This document shows positions 53,841 to 64,000 of a stretch of 64,000 bases of DNA, in pieces. The position numbers and the translations under genes are program-made. Under the pieces are notes generated by a model. That model was not told the origin of the DNA. It was given only the letters and a program-made list of their open reading frames with translations, and made no database searches. Numbering within the stretch: position 1 is the first letter of the stretch; each line of letters opens with the position of its first letter. This DNA comes from Eledone cirrhosa. Lineage: Eukaryota. The stretch is taken from contig OZ024763.1 in NCBI GenBank assembly GCA_964016885.1, positions 15,748,001-15,812,000 of the forward strand. The letters run 5' to 3'.

Positions 53841-54128
53841 ATATAGGTTTTTATACTACTCTGCTCACTAGTATTGAGTGCTCGTGCAGTTAATATATAT
53901 GCATACATGTGTGTGTCTGTGTGTCCGTTTATCAGAATGCTATACTTTAAAGCTTGGAGACTCTTTACTGGCGAAAGGAGAGACGAAAACAGAATGTAAG
54001 GGGGTTAAAGAGAGAGAGAGAGAGAGTAAGAGGGAGAGGAAATGACGTCACCAATTCCACCGTTGCTATGCAGTGTATAGCAACCAAGTGAATATGTGCC
54101 AGGAGTACTTGCTTCCTCCTCTCTCTTT

Positions 54129-54160
<32 letters not shown>

Positions 54161-54345
54161 ATATCTATCTATATATGAGTTTTTACTCATAAACTAACAT
54201 TGAGATGTGTATATACATATATATGTGTGTGTGTATTCATATATGTGTGTGGCTGGTTGAGATGTCATTACTTAACACCACTAAGACTCCATTATTCAAC
54301 GTAGTACTCAATACCAAGAAAAGTAGAGTGTAAATATTATTTTAA

Positions 54346-54561
54346 CCCTTTACCATTTACATTACTCTATATATACTATTGTATTTTCATGGTAAAGGCT
54401 TTATCTCATAACTATCTCACATAATATCGAATCTATGAGGTTTTGATATTTATTTTGAGAACAATATCTCAACATAAATATGAGTGGCCAGTTTCAGCCG
54501 GTTTGAACAGAAAAAGGTGAGAGAATTCTGGTTGGATATGGCTGGTTTAAATGCTAAAGAG
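54346..54561. mobile_element. piggyBac-type MITE copy
   Basis: Reverse-orientation homologue of the 25338 copy. Confidence 0.65.
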
Positions 54562-54648
54562 TTGAGGATTTTTTAAAAGTTAAGTTTTGCCATTTCAATA
54601 GCAAATTTATCGAAATGGTATAAGCTTAACCATAGGGCAGAAATACCT

Positions 54649-54675
<27 letters not shown>

Positions 54676-54681
<6 letters not shown>

Positions 54682-55020
54682 TGTTTCTACTTTTGGCACA
54701 AGGCCAGCAATTACCCAATGCATTACCGGTACTTTATTCTATCGACCTCGGAAGGATGAAAGGCAAAGTGAACCTCGGCGGGATTTGAACTCAGATCATA
54801 CAGGGAGGTAACTCTATGCTTCAAAGCATGGCATCCGAATAATAATAATAATTGTTTCTACTTGAGGCACAAGGCCAGCAATTACCCAGTGTATTACTGG
54901 TACTTTATTTTATCGACCCCGTAAGGATGAAAGGCAAAGTTAACCCCGGCGGAATTTGAACTTAGAACGCAAAGGGACGTAACTCCATGCTGCAAAGCAT
55001 GGCGTCCAACCCTCTAACGA
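54676..55020 (-). mobile_element. Two tandem Meta-like SINE copies with (AAT)n tails
   Basis: Homologous to the 6741 copy. Confidence 0.75.
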
Positions 55021-56048
55021 TATGACTCTGTAGCTCATGTAGAATCTTTGAGGGAACCTTATGCAACAAGGGCCTACTAAAACTATACCACTCATAGCCT
55101 AATCTTATTGAAACCATCTCTTCAAGACTGCAGATATATAGAAAGAACTCTTGCTCTTAAATCTTATAAAGTACCCAGTCCACTCTGTAATGTGGTCATG
55201 TTGGTGACATGACAAAAACTCTCCAGTCCATCCTGTAAGGTGGTTGTTTTGCTGCCACAATGAAAAAAGCACCCAGTCCATCCTGTAAACTGGTCGTTTT
55301 GGTGCCTCAATATAATGCACCCAGTCCATCCTGTAAACTGGTCATTTTGGCGCCACAATACAAAGCATCTAGTTCACACTGTGATATGGTTGGCCTTAGG
55401 AAGGACATCCAGCTGTAGAAACCAAGAAGGTGACAAGAGATGGGATTTGAGTTCATCATCCAATTATATTGAGTACTCCTGCCACATCTGGTCTGGTGCT
55501 TATACCATGCACCCCAAGAGTCTAGATAAGATCTCAAGAAGAATCATAAATAGATCTTATATCATTTTTTTCCCTAAAAAATAAAAAGGCACTCGGGTTT
55601 ATATTTTTACACAGAAAATTACAGCACAAGTATTTTGATAAAAGCACCGAGTCCACACTATAAAGTGGTCGTGTAGGAGACAGTAAAAATGCTCCCAGTC
55701 TACACTGTAAATGTGGTTTGTGTTAGGAAGGGCATCCATCCATAGACAGTTCTGCACGAGTGAAGCACGGTCTCCCGAACAATCGTGCCTCAAGTGGAAC
55801 AAAACCGTCCAACCCATGCTGGCATGGAAGATGGACGTTAAACGATGATGATGATACCATTATACTGATGCCAAAAATAAAGGCTATATATATTAGAGAG
55901 TTGACCTGGTTGGATCTCCAAGTGAGACCAACCGAGCTCATGGATGTTGTCCAATCCTTGGGTCTCATGCCGGTTGGTTTGCACCATAAAATCTATCCAG
56001 TGAGTCTTTCCTGAGACATTCTGACCAAATATCCAAACTTAACAAAAT

Positions 56049-56590
56049 ATAATGGTTTCTACTTTAGGCATAGGTCCGGCAATTTGGGGGCAAGGAGAAA
56101 GTCAATTAAATTGACCCCAGTCTATAACTGGTACTTTATTTGAACTTAGGATTTGAACTTAGATAATAATAATTGTTTCTACTTTAGGCACAAGGCTAGC
56201 AATTTGAAAGGGAGGGGAAAGTCGATTAAATCGCCCCCAGTGCATTACTGGTACTTTATTTATTGACCCTGTAAGGATGAAAGGCAAAGCTAACCTTGGC
56301 GGGATTTGAACTTAGAACATAAAGAGCCATAACTCCATGCTGCAAAGCATGGTGTCTGCCACCAATACTGCCAATCCACCACCCTAAATAATGATTTCTA
56401 CTATAAGTACAAGGCCAACAATCTTGGGAGAGAGGAAAGTTGATTAAATCAACCTCCAGTGCATTACTGGTACTTTATTTATTGACCCTGTAAGGATGAA
56501 AGGCAAAGCTAACCTTGGCGGGATTTGAACTTAAAACATAAAGGGCCATAACTCCATGTATGGTGTCTGACGTTCTACCGATTCTGCCTA
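56049..56590 (-). mobile_element. Cluster of three Meta-like SINE copies
   Basis: Repeated ggtactttattt..ggatgaaaggcaaag..ggatttgaact. Confidence 0.7.
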
Positions 56591-56883
56591 TATAATGTGT
56601 CCATTAATTTCAAAAACAACTTGAGACCTAGAGGAGACATTGTAGAACCTCAAATCATACATGTGATATAAATCTTGTATGTTGTGTATGGTAGAAGAAG
56701 CATCAGATGAAGGAGATTGCCTTGGCAAGAGTGATTTGCGTCTGGCAATATATTGTAAGGCGTTAGGAAAAAAATAGAAGAATTAATATAAATTTTTAAA
56801 AAGTCTAAGAACCATTATTGATTTTTTTTATTTTCTATTTTAAAATTTTTATTAGCATAACATTTAGCTAAGGTTAAGATTAA

Positions 56884-57103
56884 CCCTTTAGCATTCACAT
56901 TACTCTATATATACTATTATATTTTCATGGTGAAGGCTTTACCTCACATGATTATCTCACATAATATCGAATCTATGAGATTTTTAAAGTATTTATTTTG
57001 AGAACAAAATCTTAACATCAGTTTGAGCAACCAGTTACATCCAGTTTCAACAGAAAGAGGTAGAGAATTCTGGCCGGTTTTGGCCGGTTTGAACATTAAA
57101 GGG
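56884..57103. mobile_element. piggyBac-type MITE copy
   Basis: ttaa-ccctttagcatt...cattaaaggg-ttaa. Confidence 0.75.
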
Positions 57104-57309
57104 TTAAGCTAAATTACCTAATAACATGGGAGCCAAAAATAATTGTTTCTACTTTTGGCACAAGGCCAGCAATTATCCCAGTGCATAGCTGGTACTTTAT
57201 TTTATCGACCCCGTAAGGATGAAAGGCAAAGTTAACCTCGGCGGAATTTGAACTCAGATCATAAAAGGTCAAAATAATATGATATATATATATATATAGA
57301 GAGAGAGAG

Positions 57310-57670
57310 ATTTTGAGTATATGTTGGTTGTATACCAACACCTCAGTATGCAGGCTGGAGCACTCGACGAAGTGCGCAGGTTGGTTTGGTTACTCTGGAG
57401 TAGTGTAAAATAAAGTTAAATAAAAAGTCAAATGTTTAAAATTTAGCTTCGTTTATTACTGCTATATATATTTCAGTGACAGCCATCTTTGGCTGTGACC
57501 TCTTCAGGCAGTTTGAATTAGTATGGTATAGACAAGTACATATGTTGTTGTCTATACCATACTAATTCAAACTGCCTGAAGAGGTCACAGCCAAAGATGG
57601 CTGTCACTAAAATATATATAGCAGTAATAAACGAAGGTAAATTTTAAACATTTGACTTTTTATTTAACTT

Positions 57671-57677
<7 letters not shown>
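57310..57677 (-). mobile_element. Family E head-to-head element: hammerheads at 57458-57512 (minus, intact) and 57571-57625 (plus, GAAA>AAAA); hairpin 57359-57401
   Basis: Inverted arms 57406-57535/57548-57677; actgc-CTGAAGA-ggtcacagcca/tggctgtcact-GAAA-tatata-TA-gcagt. Confidence 0.8.
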
Positions 57678-57709
<32 letters not shown>

Positions 57710-57835
57710 AGGTAATTCCGAAGGAAAAGCAAAGGAAAAAAAGAGTGCTCTATGTATAGAAGAGCTATTTAATTAGAAAGTGAACAACACAAAATATAAT
57801 GGAGTAGTTATATTTTGTGTTGTTCATTTTCTAAT

Positions 57836-57896
<61 letters not shown>

Positions 57897-58531
57897 GTAA
57901 AATTCTGTTATAATGAGTACCATTATAACAAAATGTTTTTCAATCCCCGAGGTAATCGCAAACAAACGGTTGATTTGATTCAGTCGATCTTGTTATAAAG
58001 AATTGGATATATATCCACACACAGAAAAGATGCAATGCTCAGGCAAATCACAGAGGCAACAAATATAAACAAACACCAACCAAAATTAAATAGAAAACAC
58101 AAGTAGGATCGCAACATCACAACTAGTAATTAAGGACAAACTGAAGACATACAGACACACACACAAAACCAAACTAACAAAATAAATCAGACACACACAG
58201 ATAGAACAAATAACCAACTAGTGACAAATAAATAAACACATAAATAAATAAATTTAAAAAAACACACACACACGGATGTAACGCATGCGCAAACTAAACA
58301 CACAACACACAACACACAAAAACAAGATGGTGTAGGACAGAACAAAGGAGAGACACACAAAATAAAAAACCTAGCCACTGAGGAGGTCACAGAATGTGTG
58401 ACAAAAGAGCTTTGACAATATATAAACAACCTTCCGGTTATCGAACCAACCAACCGGAAATTTATAATAAATTGAAATGAAAACCAACAGGTGTGTGTGT
58501 TTTTATTGGGAACATGACCCTCCCAAAGTAT

Positions 58532-58564
<33 letters not shown>

Positions 58565-58567
<3 letters not shown>

Positions 58568-58903
58568 AGTGTAACTTGGAGTTACTGTAGGTTCACCCGG
58601 GTGAGCACTCGATGTTTAGGTTCACTTCAGTGTCGAGGTGTAGAGCTAGACAGAGTGTATTATAGTGAAATAAAATAACAAGCACGATTGGTTACTCATT
58701 CATTACGTTTATTGGTTGGTGACGCGCGTTTCGCCACTGACCAGCTCTTTACCATTGTAAGGGGTTTGACGAGCCGCGGATTACAGAGTCAGGCTAGATT
58801 GATACAGATCGAACCTTGAGCTGATCAGTGGCAAAACGCGCGTCACCAACCAATAAACATAATGAAGGAGCAACCAATCGTCCTTGTTATTTTATTTCAC
58901 TAC
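58565..58903 (-). mobile_element. Family F head-to-head element; hairpin 58604-58656 on the minus strand
   Basis: Left arm is the reverse complement of gcgaaacgcgcgtcaccaaccaataaac; right arm has a degenerate hammerhead at 58763-58847. Confidence 0.65.
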
Positions 58904-59403
58904 CGCGCAGCACTCCATTCTTCTCATATTTATATTTTTTCCTCAGCTGCGATTGTCTGTTTCTTTCTTACTGCTTTCCCCCCTCTCTCTCTGTATCTCT
59001 CACCTTCTTTTACCCCCTCTGTCAGTCACACTATCTCTCGACTGGCCTCTTCCTCACACTTCCACTCACTCACTCTCTGCTTCTCCCTCTCTCTCACTTC
59101 CTCCCATTTGACCTGTGTGAAATCCTTTTCTCGCTCACATCTCACCCATGTTGGATGGTCTTTACCTCTCGTCCATGAATTCACCAAGCTTAAGCTTAAA
59201 AGATATCATGTACTTGTCTCTTTCTATCTTTCCGTTGCAATACCATCTTTGTTTGTTTACATGTCTCGCTCGTTTCACGCTATATTATTTGTCCCAATAG
59301 TTTTATTTAGCTATTGCTCGCACCAACTAGAGGTATATGGTCTTTAAAGCGATGAAATACCAATGAAGGTTGGAAAATCACTGATGAAGGACTAATTTTA
59401 TTC

Positions 59404-59480
<77 letters not shown>

Positions 59481-59626
59481 ATAAGGGTTAATACCCAGCA
59501 TATTTATCAATGCCAGTACCAGTTGTATCTCAGCGTACTCAATGGGCAATGTAAGATACATTACCAGAGTATACACATAGTTATTTGCCTCAACACAACA
59601 CACGTAAAACGGGTGCCTATAAGGTT

Positions 59627-59736
59627 CCCGGACTCGAGTTTCTGCCGCACTAATGCAGCAGTAAGGTGCACTGCACCATCTGTCTGCATATATTATGCAA
59701 CAACGCACAATCGGCTTATGCGGCTTCATCAGCGGG
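59627..59736 (-). ncRNA. Type I hammerhead with large branched stem II (family P)
   Basis: Reverse complement: cccg-CTGATGA-a-gccgca...tgcggc-a-GAAA-ctc/gag-TC-cggg; hairpin follows at 59570-59534. Confidence 0.75.
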
Positions 59737-60589
59737 TATCGCCTAATCAATAACCAATCGATCGACAGAATCCAAACACCGGCCCATGCCGGTCATGACT
59801 GTTTGTGACAACCGACACGGTAAAGCGATTAGCAACTGGCAACCGATAGGACTCTATCTCTCAACTAGCCACTGATTTATATATATGTATATATATATAT
59901 ATATAAAGTAGCGGAGCAAGCGGTTATCAATAAACAACTTGCATATTTCTACAAGTACATAGTACCTGTTGGAGTATTCATCCACTTTTATATATATATA
60001 TAGTTAGATATATAGTTTTTGAAAAATTTAGACTGTGAACAACAATTATAATTGAGTGGCTGCTATTTGCAGTATAGCAATATAAGGTTACACTTACCAA
60101 TGAAACGGTCATAAGTACCTGTATAAAATCCTTCTCTTAATGCTTACCTGTGTTTTCTCTTTTATACTATATATATATCATCATCATCATCATCATCAAC
60201 GTTTAACGTCCGTGTTCCACGCTTGCATGGGTTTGGACGGGGGTAGTCCCACTTGAGGCAAGAGTGATTGTCTTGCTCGCATAGGACTGTCTGGCATATA
60301 TATATATATAGACAGTCCTATATGAGCAAGACAACCAATCTTGCCTCAAGTGGGAAAACTCCCGTCCAGTCCAAACCCATGCAGGCGTGAACGATGGACA
60401 TTAAACGATGATGATGATGATGATGATATATGTTGACCATGAAAACAAAAGGAAAAGTTTAGTGGTTAATCAGTTCATAATTTTAGAATCATTCTCCCCT
60501 TCCTCTTCTTTTTCTTCTTTTTTTCCTTTTGTTTCCCCATTTAAAATTTTTTTTTTTTTGTCTTACAGATGATATTCATTAAGAAAGAA

Positions 60590-60740
60590 ATAATTGTTTC
60601 TACTTTAGGCACAAGGCCAGCAATTACCCAGTGCATTACTGGTACTTTATTTTATTGACCCCGTAAGGATGAAAGGCAAAGTCAACCTCGGCGGGATTTG
60701 AACTCAGATCGTAAAGGGACGTAACTATGCTGGAAAGCAT
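60590..60740 (-). mobile_element. Meta-like SINE
   Basis: Homologous to the 6741 copy. Confidence 0.75.
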
Positions 60741-61362
60741 AAGTTTCAGAAGGTTGATTGATCTTAATGAATTGATATGAGCTGATGGAGAAGGATGGGT
60801 GGTCAGGGGGGGTCAGGGGACTGTAGGTGTATCTAGACAGGCTAGGGGTCAGAAGAAGGAAATGTGGGTGATGTGGTGTAGGGGTGGTTAGTGGGTAAGA
60901 ATGGTGTAGGAGAGAGAGGGGTAAATCTATGTTCAGAGGTTACCCCTCACCCCATCCACTCCCTATTTCTACGACCATTACACTCCTCTTCCTCCTACTC
61001 CACAAACCACCCATACCCACTTCTGACCCCTAGCCTGACCAAATACACTTACCATTCTCTGGCACCCTCACTTTCTCCATTAGCCCCACCCACATTACTT
61101 CCTTCTGCTGACACCTTGCCTGTCCAGATACACTTACCATTCTCTGTCCCCGCCCACTTTCTCCATCAGCTCAGCTTACTACTATGATAAATTCAACCAA
61201 AGCACTACCAAAACTAGTGACCTATTTTTACACACCCTGTAAAAGGTTTGCTGAACACACAAGCCTAAACCCCCACTTGGGATTGAGGTCCAGATTTTGC
61301 CTATCTCTATATCCACTCTGGGTTAGAAGAGTTGTCACATTAACCCTTTAGCATTTACATTA

Positions 61363-61366
<4 letters not shown>

Positions 61367-61400
<34 letters not shown>

Positions 61401-61770
61401 GGTTTAGCGTCCGTGTTCCACACTTGCATGGGTTTGGACGGGGGTTTTCCCACTTGAGGCAAGAGTGGTTGTCTTGCTCGCATAGGACTGTCTGGCGGGT
61501 TTTCTACAGCTGGATGCCCTTCCTAACACCAACCACATTTACAGTGTGGGACTGGGAGGTTTTTACCGTGTTGCCTACACGGCCACATTTACAGCGTGGA
61601 CTGTGTGTTTTTTTGTCGTGACACCTACACGATCTCATTTGTTTCGGCCTGGATGTTGTGGGACCAACATAACTTTACATTGAAAGGGGCGGTGTGGATG
61701 GGGTGGAGGTGGTGTGTTTTGATAGAGATGCCTACTGACTGTGGTAGGTTTTTACTTTGTATTTAGGTAT
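61367..61770 (-). mobile_element. RTE 3'UTR/tail fragment
   Basis: Homologous to 40091-40445; (CAT)n at left. Confidence 0.8.
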
Positions 61771-61789
61771 ATATACTATATTTTTGCGT

Positions 61790-62230
61790 GAAGGCGCATA
61801 GCTTATTGGTTAGAGCATTGGCCTTGCAATCAAAATGTTGTGAGTTCAATTCTTGGAACGGGTGATGTGTTGTTTCCTTGAGCAAGACACTTTATTTCAC
61901 ATTGCTCCAGTTTACTCAGCTGTAGAAATGAGATGATAAGACTAGGGTCCCTATCATTCCACTGTAAAGTGGTCGTGGAGGTGCCACAGTAAAAAAGCAC
62001 CCAGCACTTACTGTAAAGTGGTCGTGGAGGCGCCACGGAAAAAAAAGCACCCAGCACTCACTGTAAATGAGGTTGGTGTTAGGAAGGACATCCAGCTGTA
62101 GAAATCAAGCCAGAATCAGTTCCCGTATGAGCAAGACAAGGTCAGCCGTCCGGACACTGGCCACAACAGGACAAACCGTCTAACCCATGCTAGTGTGGAA
62201 AAAACGGACATAAAACGGTGATGATGATGA
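61790..62230 (+). mobile_element. CORE-type SINE with RTE-derived tail
   Basis: Close homologue of 29846-30190. Confidence 0.8.
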
Positions 62231-62319
62231 TTATATATATATATATTTATATAAATACATTATACATACTTGTAATTGGATAATATTTTATATTACCCAC
62301 ATTATATATATATATATAT

Positions 62320-62507
62320 ATAGGAAAAGAATCAGAACCCCGCCGGCTAAGCACCGGCTGTTTTGACAGCTAGATCCGAACTGTCAAAATGGCCAGAGCT
62401 CAGCCATCGGGGTCCTGACTATTTTCCTATTATCCACTGTACAACCCTAAGCATCGAGTACTCTGGTCTGTTATGGTCCACCTGGTATGTTATCACATCT
62501 ACTTTGT

Positions 62508-62510
<3 letters not shown>
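62320..62510 (+). mobile_element. Diverged family G-like inverted element
   Basis: ccggctaagcaccggctgttttgacag...ctgtcaaaatggccagagctcagcc; tail homologous to family G. Confidence 0.55.
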
Positions 62511-62544
<34 letters not shown>

Positions 62545-62559
62545 CAGTTTTATTCATAC

Positions 62560-63059
62560 ATCATCATCACCATCATCATCATCGTTTAATGTCAATCTTC
62601 CACGCTAGCATGGGTTTAGACGGGAATTGTCCCACTTGAGGTAAGATTGGTCGTCTCGCTCGTATGGGACTGTCTGGCAGGTTTTCTACGGCTGGATGCC
62701 CTTCCTAACACCAACCACGTTTACAGTGTGGGGCTGGGAGGTTTTTACCGTGTTACCTACACGGCCACATTACAGCGTGGACTGTGTGGGTTTTTTTTTG
62801 TCGTGACACCTACACAACCTCATTTATTTAGGACTGGATGTTGTGGTACCAACATGACTTTACATTGAAAGGGATGAGGGTGGGGTGGGGGAGTTGGGGG
62901 AGTGTGATGGGGGTGTATATTTGATTAAGAGGTCCCTACTGACTGTAGGTTTTGCTTTGTACTTAGGCAAGATGGGTTTTCTATATTACTGTGTAGCGCC
63001 AAAGATCTCGGTCCAGTGACATTGTCTTAGAGAGGTGCAAGTGTGTAAGGTCGGAATTT

Positions 63060-63062
<3 letters not shown>
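62560..63062 (-). mobile_element. RTE 3' end fragment
   Basis: Homologous to 40091-40545. Confidence 0.8.
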
Positions 63063-63128
<66 letters not shown>

Positions 63129-63222
63129 GTTAGGTGTGTAATAAGCACTCAATACTGATACAAGGTTCTAGTTATCCTGGTGGGTTATTACCCCTGTACT
63201 ACCAACTGTCATTAGTGGCTGT

Positions 63223-64000
63223 AATGTCACTGGACCGAGACCTTTGGCGGTACTCAGTAATAGAGAAGACCCGCCTTACCTAAATACAAAGTAAAAACCT
63301 ACTACAGTCAGTAGGCATCTCTATCAAAACACACCCCCGTCCCACCACCTCCACCCCACCCACACCGCCCCTTTCAATGTAAAGTTATGTTGGTCCCACA
63401 ACATCCAGGCCGAAACAAATGAGATCGTGTAGGTGTCACGACAAAACCCACACAGTCCACGCTGTAAATGTGGCCGTGTAGGCAACACGGTAAAAACCTC
63501 CCAGCCCCACACTGTAAATGTGGTTGGTGTTAGGAAGGGCATCCAGCTGTAGAAAACCCGCCAGACAGTCCACGCTGTAATGTGGCCGTGTAGGCAACAC
63601 GGTAAAAACCTCCCAGCCCCACACTGTAAATGTGGTTGGTGTTAGGAAGGGCATCCAGCTGTAGAAAACCCGCCAGACAGTCCACGCTGTAATGTGGCCG
63701 TGTAGGCAACACGGTAAAAACCTCCCAGCCCCACACTGTAAATGTGGTTGGTGTTAGGAAGGGCATCCAGCTGTAGAAAACCCGCCAGACAGTCCACGCT
63801 GTAATGTGGCCGTGTAGGCAACACGGTAAAAACCTCCCAGCCCCACACTGTAAATGTGGTTGGTGTTAGGAAGGGCATCCAGCTGTAGAAAACCCGCCAG
63901 ACAGTCCTATGCGAGCAAGACAACCACTCTTGCCTCAAGTGGGAAAACCCACGTCCAAACCCATGCAAGCGTGGAACACGGACGCTAAACCTGATGATGA
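63223..64000 (+). mobile_element. RTE 3' end with a 112-bp tandem amplification (about 4 units) in the 3'UTR
   Basis: Near-identical units at 112-bp spacing; ends in tgatgatga. Confidence 0.85.

Noticed and set aside
53426-53908. Poly-Leu/Val ORFs
   Set aside because: Trinucleotide repeat with no splice or domain support.
58376-58420. CTGAGGA-gtcaca/tgtgac hammerhead-like motif
   Set aside because: GAAA is mutated and stems I/III are not identifiable; at most a relic.
60545-60595. Splice-acceptor-like ttttgtcttacag (also ~19481)
   Set aside because: Followed by stops or repeat sequence; no coherent exon chain.

Overview
AT-rich eukaryotic (animal) non-coding DNA. The SINE/RTE repertoire looks like that of an octopod cephalopod, which is an inference from remembered repeat families. 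No intact host protein-coding gene is supported, and almost all listed ORFs are microsatellite artefacts. The window is a mosaic of (TA)n/(CA)n microsatellites, two tRNA-derived SINE families, decayed RTE LINEs and CRE-like retrotransposon 3' ends. It also holds a DD37D (maT) Tc1/mariner remnant, mariner/piggyBac/hAT-type MITEs, a ~155-bp satellite with a 758-bp higher-order repeat, and a 4-kb telomere-like variant array. The main hidden signal is dozens of short non-coding elements embedded in (TA)n tracts. They belong to about ten families unrelated in primary sequence and carry type I hammerhead ribozymes (Penelope-like pLTR/retrozyme-type). Most of these families share, ~25-65 nt downstream of the ribozyme, one covarying bulged hairpin (RCTC-stem-loop-stem-TH-GAGY-RCY). 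Many copies are head-to-head inverted duplications with both tails ending in TA repeats.
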